DNA of 64,000 nucleotides, from positions 45,136,001 to 45,200,000 of the forward strand of contig NC_083288.1 in the NCBI RefSeq assembly GCF_963506605.1, in the 5' to 3' direction. Shown here piece after piece: positions 24,927 to 36,823 of this stretch; positions within the stretch are counted from its first letter, which is position 1; each line of letters opens with the position of its first letter. The translations under genes and the position numbers were made by a program. This stretch comes from Zootoca vivipara. Lineage: Eukaryota. A model generated the notes under the pieces. The model did no database searches and was not told where the DNA came from. It worked only from the letters and a program-made list of their open reading frames with translations.

Positions 24927-25340
24927 AACACTAAATCAACTAACCCCTGTGTTGCAAACTCCAGACTAAAGACAACAGCGTCAACACATGGACCGAATGA
25001 AAAATGAGGGCATAAATGTATATCTTTGTAAGTTGCAGTGAAGCGATATTCAAGAGTACACTCCATATAGTATCAAATTAAAATTCATCCAGTGATATAA
25101 TTTGAATGCTTAGCGATATCTGTCGATGCAAATAATAGCAAATAATAGACAGTGATCCGGATAATGACACTGTTTCGACGTGGTCTTCCTCAGCGTTCAA
25201 CTCAGAAATGTATACCGTCAACTTCTAAGGAGCAGTGGTCATAAAACTATTTTTATCACTAAGCATTCAAATTATATCACTGGATGAATTTTATTTTGAT
25301 ACTATATGGACTGTACTCTTGAATATCGTTTCGCTGCAAT
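24927..25340. mobile_element. Penelope-like element remnant with inverted repeat and hammerhead motif
   Basis: 86-bp inverted arms 25033-25118 and 25254-25339; hammerhead core on the minus strand; RLKTTASTHGPNEK* resembles a GIY-YIG C-terminus. Confidence 0.7.
25141..25200 (-). ncRNA. Type I hammerhead ribozyme motif
   Basis: CUGAGGA-A-GAC(CAC)GUC-GAAA-CAGUG(loop)CACUG-UC; stem I is weak. Confidence 0.65.
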
Positions 25341-25400
25341 CCACTTTCCATTACTTTCAATGGGAAATTCACTTCAGGTTAAGCACACTTCAGGTAAAGT

Positions 25401-26142
25401 CAGCGTTTCTCAACCGGTGTTCCGCGGCACAGTAGTGTGCCACGAGAAACCGGCTTGTGTGCCGCGACGTGCGACGAGGAAAAGGGCGCTTTGCATTGCT
25501 GACGGACTTCCGGCGAGGCAAGCGCGAAGCTCCTGAGAGCAACCAGCACGCCCGTGCCGCCAGCCTAGCCTCCGGACCGCCGGAACCGCTGCCGCCGGTA
25601 CACGGGCGCCAAGTGAGCCCGCCGGATCGACCGGGGAGCCGCTGGAGGCCCCCCCCCGTGACCCCACCGGAGCGACACTGAAAGCGCCCGGCTGGAGGAT
25701 CGACGGACCCCTGGGCTCCACGGCTGCCGCGTGGGCGTCGGAATCGCCCGGCGGATCAAGCGGGGAGCCGCTAAAGCCCCCCAGCGAGCCCGCCTGCGGC
25801 CGGGAAAAGTTCTGAAGCCCGGGACCTCCCACGACGCGACGGCCCTGCCTCGTCGCCGCAGCCGTCGCCACCCCAGCCGCCGCAGGAGAAGAGGAAAAGG
25901 AGGGAGCCCCCCCCCCAGGTGAGGGAAAAAGGGAAAGATAGGGAGGAGAGGGCCCCTCGCCACCCCCTAATCCAGGTGAGAGCGCCTGGTGGGTCCGCCT
26001 GGCTACCGTGCAGCAGTTCTTCAGTGGCATGCTTTTCCCCTCCAAACTAAACTAAATATAGGGCGGCACAGAGTTGGTGTGCCGCGGGATTTTTTTTCAT
26101 AGAACAAGTGTGCCGTGGCCCAAAAAAGGTTGAGAAACACTG
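25401..26142. mobile_element. hAT non-autonomous element (GC/CpG-rich)
   Basis: TIR CAG(C/T)GTTTCTCAACC, 8-bp TSD GGTAAAGT/GGTTAAGT; nested in a Tigger-like end. Confidence 0.85.
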
Positions 26143-26189
26143 GGTTAAGTAATGACTTCCTGAACCAATTAAGTACTTAACCTGAGGTG

Positions 26190-26370
26190 CCGTGCTTCTC
26201 CGAAAATAAGCCATACCCCGAAAATAAGCCATAGTGATAGGCAGTTTAACCTTGTAGGTTAAACTGTACCATACTTAATTTTAAAAAAATAAATTTAAAA
26301 AATAAGCCACCGTGTTTGTTTGTTTTGAGAAAAAAAAATATTAGATGGTGTCTTATTTTTGGAGAAACAC
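26190..26370. mobile_element. Tc1/mariner MITE
   Basis: Imperfect TIR GTGCTTCTCCGAAAATAAG / CTTATTTTTGGAGAAACAC. Confidence 0.65.
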
Positions 26371-27735
26371 AAAAGATTCCTTCTTGTCCCTCTTAAAAAG
26401 AATAGACACGACAATTTCGTTAAAGTCAATATAAAAGTAGTTTACTCACAATCATTCAGTTCAGAGTTGGTTCCTTGAAGGCAGACTTGGGTTACAAAAG
26501 TATATATACATGTGGAACTATCCCATAAGGGAGTTATTCTCAAGTGACTGTGAACAGGCAGTCACTTCTGAAAATGGAGGAGAGAGCAGAAGGAGGAGGT
26601 GTGGTCTCATCCTCAGGTCAGGCCACACCCACATTTAGTCACATGCAGAGGAAGTTTGTCCTACCTCAGGAGGAAACAGGAAGTTTTCTCCTGAGTGGTA
26701 CAAAGCATCCCCCAACATGTCCATTCTAGGAGTGTTGTATTCAACTGCTATGTGTTTCATATCCCATGATGCCCTCCAAAAAGTCCAAGGTACACTGGAT
26801 GAAGCCAGTGAAGGCAAAGATGATATGGGGTGGGGCATCAGGTAGGAAGGAGAATCATTCAGCCAATCTCCTACATTATCATGGGAAGACACACCCAGAG
26901 CTCAGTTAGGTTTAGTTTATTTCACAGGTTATCCAGCTTAATACCTGAGTTTAGTTCCTGCCTCATGCACCACTGCCTGAAAACCCTAGAATATTCTGAG
27001 GCATCTATCTTTACCTTGTGTCAGGAGCCTGGGCTGCCATCTTGATAACACAGCACGCATGCCGTAATTGTAATATTTAATTTATTATAATACAATTAAC
27101 CTCGGACATCTAACCAAGCTTCTGTGTCTTACGAGTCAGTTGACCCTTCTGAGGAGTGCCCCTGGTTCTGCAGAATATCATGAACCTATGACCATTACAT
27201 TTCTGGGTTCGTTTCGTTTCTTTGGGCTCATGGGATTGATTGCCTCCTCTTACGCTGAGGAAATGCTACCCCTCCTGCTTTCCAAGGCTGCCTGTTCTTC
27301 AGTGATGTGGCTTCTCTCCCTCCCACTCTCTTCTAACACCTTATCTACATTCCAATCCATGTCACAGGGAGGGGAAGGGGACTGCTCCCAGCTGCTTGAC
27401 TGCTTCCTAACTCATGCTGTGTTTCTCTACGTGGGGTAGATGTGTTCGTGACACCTTGAGTGATACATAGCTGCTCTAACTTGACTTAACTGATGCCCAG
27501 TGTTTTCAAAATATTCTCAACCTAGCTCAGGACTGTGCCAAATCCAGTGCACAGTCTCACTGGATAGACAACTGCTCTGACTCAGAATTAGGCTGTTTGC
27601 AGTATTCAGGAGAAGGGTAAGAAGGGAAAGTAAATTTTCTGGTAGGGTCTTGGTTGAGAAAATACAGGGAAAGTGATACCTGCCAGCAAGTCCATTAAGC
27701 CTCAGACCTAAAGGAACCACAAATTTTTCTGTCTT

Positions 27736-28637
27736 TTATAACTTTCTATGTGTTAACTGCTCTCTGTTGTTCAGATCTGGCCTCACCACAATAATGTAGC
27801 ATTTAGGGGAAAAGATGCAACCCAACAGGCCAGCACTGGAAGCCAGGATGGAGAAGATCTCCACAGCCACCATGTATTTTCCTCTGGTGCTCAGATACGT
27901 TGGAATGAAGGTGAGCCAAACGCTGCAGAAGACCAGCATGCTGAAGGTGATGAACTTGGCTTCGTTGAAAGTGTCAGGCAACTTTCTGGCTAGGAAGGCC
28001 ACCGTGAAGCTGACAGTGGCCAGGAAGCCCATGTAGCCAAAAACACAATAGAACATGTGGTCTGACCCTTCATTACATAGAAATATGATTTCTTCGGTCA
28101 TTGAGTGCATGTCCACATCTGGGAATGGGGCAGAGGTTGCCAGCCAGAAGACACAGATCCCTACTTGAATCACAGAGCAGGAAAGGACAATGGAATAAGC
28201 CAGTTTTTTGCCTACCCATCTCCTGATCCTGGATCCTGGTTTGGTAGCCATGAATGCCAAAACCACCAATATGGTTTTGGCTAAGATGCTGGAGAGGGCC
28301 ACAGAAAAGACAATGCCAAAAGCATTTTGTCGGAGAGGGCAGGTCACCATATTAGGTTTTCCGATGAACAACAAAGATGAGAGGAAACACAAGAGGAGGG
28401 AGATAAGGAGACCGTAGGTCAGGCTTCTGTTGTTGGCTTTGACTATGACTGTATCACGATGCTTAATGAAGATGCCAAGCACCAAAATTGTGATCAGAGA
28501 GAACAGAAGCGCAGAAGAAGTTGAAACAATGGCCAGGGTTTCATCAAAGCCCAGGAAGTTTGGAATTTTAGCTATGCATAGATCCTGGTCATTGTTTGGA
28601 TACTGATCTGCTGGGCAACTGACACATGTTTCCATGT
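27736..28637 (-). CDS. V2R-3 exon 6 (7TM)
   Basis: 902 bp open frame. Confidence 0.95.
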
Positions 28638-31600
28638 CTGAAAACAAATAAAGAATGCATGACATTTTGAAGCATCCAATACTATTCTTAAGAATTTCCT
28701 CACTGAAATTTTAGGATAGAGTTTTCTATCTCAAAATGTTTAAGAACTTCTGGCCCACCTTCTTTTGCCCTAGATGCATGAAAATCAAAACTTTTGTATC
28801 AAATCTGCAATTTTCTACATGGGTGACATCTCTTTTTACTGGTCCCCTTCCCTTTTTGTTGTAACGACATGTAGTGATAGCAAAATGAGAAATACATTAC
28901 AGCAGAAATCTTTGGAGCTCAGAAAGGCAAGATTAATGAGACTTTCACCCTCCTGTCAAACAACCGAAATCTTACAGGAGAAACTACAACTTCTTTTCCA
29001 CTGTAACTTTGTAGAAGTTGGAGGTAAAATATATTACCTCTTTTTAAAAATATTTTTAATGTGTTTTTAGGATAGAATTAAATTGATATTAACTATTAAC
29101 AATGAGAACAACACATCTATTTAAGTTAAGGCTTCCCTCCTCCATCAATTTAATGGCAAAGAGTTCAGAGCTTATTAAAAAAAATGGTATAGCCTAAGAT
29201 GACATCTCCCACCTTTCTCATTTGAGATCATTCCTTCTGGACATGGATCACAATCATAACAGCAAAACTTCTTTCCCTCCTTCCTTTTCTTCCCATAACC
29301 AGGACGGCAGTTGTCATTACATATAGAAAGCGGTGGCACCTATTCAAAGAGATAGGAAGAGGTTAATATGAAGACAATATTTTGGGGGATTTATTTCTGT
29401 TCCTACTTGGCGGGTCATTTGAGAAACTAGTACGAGGAAACCACTGCAATGCTTTGGGGTTGTAGTATCCTATTTTATGCCATTCTGTTTCCTGTGCTTT
29501 TTATTATCTCTACAAAACTGTTAGGAATAATATCCTTGGATCTGGCTCATGGTGTCATCTGTTTGCTGATGATGTTAGCTCTATCTCTTCATTCCATTGG
29601 AATTAGAGGAGGTAGTGAAGGTGCTGGGCAGGTGTCTGAAGACAGTGATGGATGGGATGGGGACTGAGTCCTTATAGGAGAGAAATGCTTTGGGTTGGTG
29701 GTTCCTACATTTGACCAGCAAGAACTTCTTAAGTCTGGGCTACTCCTTGATTCTACTCCTTGATTCTAAGACTGGAGTCTTAATTATGGAATTTCAGAGC
29801 CTGTGCAGTTATTTCTGTACCTCAGTGAAGCCTCTGTGCCATTTGATTCTGTCCTCATTAATGGTGAACTCTTTGCCGGGAGGGGCCTGAGGATCCCACC
29901 TTCCCACTTTGACTCTGATGTACGATGTATTTGGGAATGTGACCAAGTTTGTAATATCCAAGCTAGCTGCCAACTCTCCATATTCATTGAATTTAATTTC
30001 ATCTCCAGCACTGTTGTTGAATGAGATTCTCTGCAGGTATGAGTGTAGCTAGGTGGAAAGAGAATCAAAAGTTCAATACAGCATTGTCATAGTCTGATTA
30101 TGATGGTTGAATAGCTTTCCTAGATGGTATTAAATCCCTTTCCTCTAAGAGTTAAACACTTCAGTTTACAATGGAGAGCATACTTGTTTCAATTTCTCAT
30201 ATGGGAAGACTAGGAAAATATGAATCAGTGTAAATTCAACAGTTGACAGACTTCCATAAATAAATGTGAAAGAGTTAAGTATATAGACCTTTTTGATTGA
30301 GACCTGCCATTGTCAAGATCCAAGAAAGGGAAGGAATTTGTTCATGTTCTCAAACATCATGCTCTCTAAGCATAGGAATGGAACATGTGAACATCTGACT
30401 GGACCTTTCATTAGTTTCTGTTGTTAATATGTCTGAGAAGGAGAACGGTGTGACTGTGGCCTCACTGACTTCAAAGCTGCACAATCTCAAACTCTTTGGT
30501 CCTTGTAGCATCTGAAGCATCATTCAGTGAGGGAGTGGAGGAGGAAGAGGAAGAGCCACACTTGTCCCTTGCCAGTAAGTACAGCAATTCTTAAGATGTT
30601 TTTTTAAATGGTTTTCTAGAGGTTATTCTGGCTTTAAATGATGTTGCCTGTACGTGCAACTGCTCCCTGTAAAATGTGTGTCATCTCTAAGTTTGTTGCT
30701 TATGAAAATCTGTGCCATCTAAAATCTGTTTAGTATCTTGATTGGAAATATTCTAGTTACAGGTAGGTAGCCGTGTTGGTCTGCCATAGTCGAAACAAAA
30801 TTAAAAAATTCCTTCCATTAGCACCTTAGAGACCAACTAAGTTTGTCATTGGTTTCAGTGTATCTGAAGAAGTGTGCATGCACACAAAAGCTCATACCAA
30901 TGACAAACTTAGTTGGTCTCTAAGGAAATATTCTAATTCTCATGCTTTATACAAGAAAATGACTCAAGGTTGCTTTCTAATTTCTCAAGTCCTTTTCTGT
31001 TATTTCTTTACTGATAATTAAATGCTTACTAACGTAATGGATCAATGCAGCAAATGCTTTGTAAGAGAGAACGTTACCTGCCAAGGTTCTACATATTGAG
31101 GAGAGAGTTTTTCCTTAGCATCTCTGCTCTTGCGGATCGCTCCAGCCCAGTGCTTGCTATTTAAGGCATGTGCCAAAGCATAGACAGCATTATAGATACT
31201 GTAGCTTTGCCCGGTCATGCTCATTTCAAAAAATGGTGCAGGAAGGCTCTCCAGCATCTCCTCTCCAGTACATTCTCTAATGTCTGCTGACATAGTGGAA
31301 TTTGAAAGTGAACAACCGAATGCATCTTCCCAGAAATCTTTGATAAAACCATCTGTGTCTCTCCAATGGGGATGTATATTCTGAAGAAAGTCTTGAAATT
31401 TGTGAATTTCCATGGAGTGAATTGCAAATGATATAGCACCATGGAGCATTTGGATATTAACATTCAATTTTCTTTGAAGGCTATATAATATGAAATCAAG
31501 TTGTGCTGTTGTAATCCATACTTTTCCTTCACGTGACTTCTTTTGAGGAAATAGTAGCTGAGTGAACTCCATTATGCTTAAAGCACTTGACAACCATATA

Positions 31601-34600
31601 TTAAATCTACTTTCTCCATATACAAGAACTGCACTGGCTTTGCTGGTTTTGAAAGTTGGTAACAAAATCCTTGAGTTACCCAGCATTTCTAGTAAGTTAC
31701 CATTATAATGCAGATTGAGTTCAACTCTTTCTGTGAATGCCGAACAGATTCCATTCTTGAAAAACATGGGTTCCATTGTCTGTAAGAAATGTTCACCAGC
31801 TTCATCAGCTGTAGTCACGAGCCCAACCCATTTCCATCTGAAATGCAGAAGTAACTGGATAATTCCCTGATACTGAAGGTCTTCATTGGGGACCATGCGG
31901 TAGAAAGAAGGGATCTTGGTTTGATCATTTATGGCTTGTTCAAATGAACCATATGAAATCTAGAGAAGGGAAAAGCCAACCATAGCCAAGTGCAAAAAAG
32001 TACTCATGTTATTCAAATTTCTTTGAATATAAATAGAAAACCTCTGTATCCCTACCTACTGTACAAAGTTTGGGGACCGCACCAACCTCAATTTGCATAG
32101 ATAACAAAGACAATATTGCTCAATGGTTTCTGCATATTTATTATTGTTATTGTGGCATCATCAGATCTTCATACTTGTACACATTGATAGTCTCCAAGAA
32201 CAGGGGAGCATTTATCATGGCTCATGTTAATATACTGCTAGGTGGGTGACTCAACAAAATTCCAAGGCGAAGGCAGAGCAATAGAAATGGTTGACCATGC
32301 ACTTTTGCTCTCTAACCTTTATAGCGATTGTTGGGAGAGGTTGGTTCTCTATCTACAAAGAACTCTCTCGGGAAGATATCTTGGGGAATCCTGAAGATCT
32401 CCATTAGACTGTATATGTTATTATTCTCTGAGCACAATCAACCACACCATATAAAATATCAGTAAAATACAGAAATACCATACCAAAAACTTTCAGCCAA
32501 GGTTATAACAACAAAGAATGAAATCCAACAATGCAGGAGAACAGCCCAGTACTGACACTACTATATAACTCTGCAGAAGGCCAAATGCCAAATGCCGTAA
32601 CAGTAACTATAAATAGTGTTTTCAATTAGCCTCGGAAAATTAATAATGCCGAATAACATCCTACATCCCTACGAATGGAAAATCTTGATTTTTAATGGGA
32701 GGGACTTTATTAGGTAACGTGTCATGAATTATTTATGCATTTGTCTTTTTTTATTAAAGATTTTCCTCATTTACAAAAGCACACACATTGTCTCTTTCTC
32801 CATCTTGTGTTTTCTACAGATCAGTTACGTTTGTTGTGAGATATTGGTGTTATATGCAGTATAGGGTTGGGAAGAAAATAGGCGGGGAGAGGAGAGAGGG
32901 TGTGGGGTGGTCAAACATGTTCTTTTACTTAGTGTATGCGTGGGGTTTTTGTTTCAGCATCACTTGGGTAAGTTATTTTTCTATTCACTTGTTATGTTTT
33001 CGTGGTGGTGAGTGAGGTTGGCGTTGTCTAGGGTGTGGTTGATTGTCTTTAGTTGGCTGCAGTGGGATTTGTTTGCATGTGTGTGAGCGCGGGTTGTTGG
33101 TTTTAAGTTAGTCCTATTGAATCGTATACTGTCGGTGTGTTTGTGTTGTTGTCTTATTGGGCTGTGTATGTGATCAAGGGGAGATACCAGAATGAAGACA
33201 TCCTCTTCTATTTCTCCCCGTGTCAGTTTCAGTCTATTGGCTAGCTTTTCTAGGAAGGCTGTTTCCCATACTACTTGATACCAATGTTCCATGTTTGTTC
33301 CTGACAGGTCCCTCCAGTGTCTGGCTATGATGTTTGTGGCTGCTGAGAGTAGGTGGGTTACAAGCTCTTTATAGTGTGAGTGGACGTTGTTATCTTGGAA
33401 GATGTTCAGTAGGGTCAGTTCTGGGGTGGCCTCTAGTACCTGTTATTTTGCTTATATCTTGTGTGACTATTGTCCAGAAGAATTGGGTTTGGGGGCATTC
33501 CCACCACATGTGGACATATGGGCCTGTGGAAGTGCAGCCTCTCAAGCATTTTGGTGAGGTTACTGGGCATATCATTGCCAGGTTCCATGGTGTTAGGTGC
33601 CATTGGTAAGTGACTTTCAGAGTGAGTTCTTTTCTTTTCACTGATATGGATTTAAAGGGACATTTAGACCATGTTCTAGTCCATTGTGTGGGGTTAATTT
33701 TGGAGCATATATTATCCCCCCATTGTTTTTTGATCGCGTCAAAGGGGTTTTGTGGGCTTTGGAGCAGTGTTTATTTATGCATTTGTAAGCCTGTGCTAAC
33801 ATCAAAAATTGAGATTAGACACCTCATTTATGAACCATGCACCTTTACAGCAATATTCTATTACATCTACAAATTGTCCCTCTCATAAACATTGTTGCAT
33901 ATGCATATTATTTCCCCACCCCAATTGCAGCCCCTTTTACTTTTTCCATTTTACCACTCCATAGTTATGAATCGATAGCATAGCTATCAAGTTATCCCTT
34001 TTTTAAAGGGATTTTCCCTTATGCTGAATAGGCTTCCTCGCGAGAAAAAGGAAAACTTGGCAGCTAAGATCGATAGGTTTCGAGAGCAGGGAAAGGAAAA
34101 GTGAATTATGGCATGAAAATTTTTCTTTTCTTTTCAAACCCCATATTCTACCTGTGGAATCTTGAAAAGATCTAAGATGTTTGCCATGCACCAGGAGGTA
34201 TCAGAGCTAAGTCCCCCAATGACTCCTATTACATTTTTCTGGACGCCACACCTGTAGTTGGGAATAAAGTGATGTGCTTTAAAGATCAGGTCTAGGGTGG
34301 CTCGGTAGCTCATCTTTGAATCATAATAGTTATCGTAGATGTGGAATCCCACAGAGACATTGGGCAACATCCTGGGATTCTCGTTGATCTCATCGACAGC
34401 AAACACCAAAGCAAGGATGTGCTGGTAAAACTTTGTCATCACTCTGCAAATGAATTGAGTTACTGTTTAGTGGGAAAATTACAGAGTGTGCATAATCTAG
34501 ATATGAGAGATTCACTTGCCTTTCTGTAAAGAGAGGACACAACCAGAAAGGTTTATTTATTTGTTTTGAGAATAGTATTATACCGCTGTTTCAGAAGAAT

Positions 34601-34975
34601 ATATTAAAGCGCCTGTGTGCCTGGAGATTTCTAAAAAAACACAGTTCTAAAGCTTTTATTCCGAATCAATCAAAGTTATTTTAAGTCAGATTCAACATTT
34701 CAGAAATAAATGAAATAAAAATAAATACTCGTTACTTACATTGGGGTATCAGTGAAGACTTGGGAAGGGTGTGTATCGAAGGATAATTTGGGGACTATAT
34801 AACAGATATGAGATGCCATTGCCCCAATGACCAGGTCACCTGGCTCATACCACTCATGCGGAACATGAACAGAATTATTAGTTGTGCATTTAACACTTTG
34901 TACTTGGGACACCAGATTGGGGAGCAGCAGAAGCACAAGGAGCAACATCCTGATGGCAAATACTCTTGTGTGCAT
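27736..34975 (-). CDS. Vomeronasal type-2 receptor gene 3, exons 34740-34975, 34152-34443, 31078-31959, 29821-30048, 29213-29339, 27736-28637; 2667 nt, 888 aa
   Basis: Same exon structure, GT-AG introns, joins in frame. Confidence 0.93.
29213..29339 (-). CDS. V2R-3 exon 5
   Basis: 127 bp, CCYDC. Confidence 0.9.
29821..30048 (-). CDS. V2R-3 exon 4
   Basis: 228 bp, [18 protein letters not shown]... Confidence 0.9.
30756..30923. mobile_element. Penelope-like mini-insertion with a degenerate hammerhead
   Basis: 12-bp flanking duplication GGAAATATTCTA; 30-bp inverted repeat (30824-30853, 30896-30925); CTGAAGA-A-GTGTG-CATG-CACAC-AAAA. Confidence 0.8.
31078..31959 (-). CDS. V2R-3 exon 3
   Basis: 882 bp, ISYGSFEQ...VEPWQ. 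Confidence 0.92.
32745..33770 (-). mobile_element. 5'-truncated L1/Tx1-clade LINE
   Basis: 16-bp TSD TTATTTATGCATTTGT, A-tail, ORF2 C-terminus CLRGC...HMWWECP. Confidence 0.85.
33979..34068. mobile_element. 90-bp hAT MITE
   Basis: TSD ATCGATAG; inverted copy at 47596-47685. Confidence 0.85.
34152..34443 (-). CDS. V2R-3 exon 2
   Basis: 292 bp. Confidence 0.92.
34740..34975 (-). CDS. V2R-3 exon 1
   Basis: [18 protein letters not shown]...; donor GTAAGT. Confidence 0.87.
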
Positions 34976-35404
34976 GGACTCCCCTGGTTCTCTCTAGAGT
35001 ATTATTACTCTCCTCCACCTGATCTGAATAAAACAAATTGGGTGGCAGCTGACTCTGTCAATTTAGCACTTTAAGGGACACGTATCCACCTTATTGTCAA
35101 CTTAAAGACTGTCACAACAGAATGCCTTGGATGCCAAATAGGACGTAGTGATTTGATATGAAAGAGGGAAACTGATACAGTAACTGATAGGTAACAAAGC
35201 CCAGCCTCTCTCTCTCCTCCCTTACCATAGCTGCCTATGAAGCACTGGGGAGCTTATAACCATTTCAGACTTGCTTGTTGAGCCTTTTTCCACTCTGACT
35301 TCTGGAGCCTTGGCCATGTGAATTGATTATTGTAATTTTAATAATTACAGGGAAGAATATCAATTGTGCAGTGCTTTTGGAGTCTATGGCATATAAACAG
35401 TAGG

Positions 35405-35548
35405 CAGTGCTTTTTTCTGATGGTACTCAAGGTTATGTAGTACCGGCACCTGTTTTCCCAGGTGAAAAGCACTGGTTAAAAATGTGGCACTTAGTGTAAC
35501 AACTTCATAGTGAGTACTGGCACTGTTTTTCTAGAAGAAAAGCACTAG
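35405..35548. mobile_element. MITE in the V2R-3 upstream region
   Basis: CAGTGCTTTT...AAAAGCACTAG ends; interrupts the flank conserved in the other V2Rs. Confidence 0.65.
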
Positions 35549-36126
35549 CAGAAGGGGAACTGCCAATGTAATCATATTTGTCGCACTATAGAATCTTAGA
35601 TAAGGAATGAACCTACAGTCCACTCCTTATGAACCCCCTCTTAATGCAACATTAATCTTGTGCCTTGCTTAGGAAATAGCAAGGGAAATAAATCAATATA
35701 TTTTATGAACACATGTTTGCCTGCGTCTCAGCACCTTCACTCTTAGGGGAATTATTTGGTTGTCTCCCTGGGGTTACAGAATGTTTATAAAATGTTTTCT
35801 CTTTCCATCCAGCCCATGTTCAAGATGCACAACAGGAGAGCCTCCATAAATTCCTTCGTGACGATAAAGCAATCAACTGCAATGGATTAAAATTTAGAAG
35901 GGACTTTCAAAAGCCTTGACATCAGGCGTACCCATGGTTTGATTTCTGTAGCCCTTCGGAGGAAAGGTAGCTTGGATGAGTCTTCGAAATGTTTTTTTGT
36001 TTTGCTTTGTTTTGTTTTACTCTGGCAAACGTAAATCAGATTCAAGTTTGTTTTTGCGTTAACATAGGGGTGCAAAACTAATGTTCGTTCATTGTCGTAC
36101 ACATTACATGGCAGGACAACTGTATT

Positions 36127-36368
36127 TAGGGTTGCCATATTTCAAAAAGTAAAATTCCTGACACTCACAAAGTTGTTGGATTTTTTGGGGGAAGAAACCC
36201 ACATTGTTGAGGAAACCTTCCTCCAAAATAGTTATTTTAAGCTTTTAGAGCTCTTACCGCTGCTTTTTCCATCACATTTTCCCAATTCTGCAAAAATCCC
36301 CCCTGGCACCATTTTTACACCTGGAAACTAGGACATGTCAGGAATTTTTCTGATGCATGGCGAGCCTA
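36127..36368. mobile_element. hAT MITE (degenerate)
   Basis: TAGGGTTGCCAT / ATGGCGAGCCTA termini. Confidence 0.6.
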
Positions 36369-36823
36369 ATTGGATTGCAAAATTCAGAGAAGTGAGAACT
36401 TTGAATGAATGGCTGCATTTTGGTTTGTGAGTTGGGCTGGGAAATGTAAATTAGGTAGGTTTGCCTTCAGATGTGAACTGAACCAAATTTCTCCTCCATC
36501 CCTAGAAGGAGCCTATCCTCAACTTGCCAGCACCTCTACTGGCACCGAACACCCAATCCACTTCCATCCTCATGCTTGCCTCCACCCCATCTCATCCATC
36601 AAATGTACATCTAATATTTCTGCTTATTAAATCCTGCTCGTTGTGTTCTTCCCAGTGCCCAGCAAAGGAATGGCATAGTGACATGTGTTTAACATTTCTT
36701 TCTCCGTTTTTTCTAATGGCAGCTGTGGGGTAGAGAAGAATTTCTGCTTTTGTTTGATCTTCTTGCTTAGGTGTTACACCTTCTTACTTAGGCTCCCATG
36801 ATCTGGAACACAACCACGATTAG

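Noticed and set aside
25410-26045. 211-aa GC-rich ORF
   Set aside because: Lies inside a non-autonomous hAT element; no transposase motifs; stop-poor because of GC content
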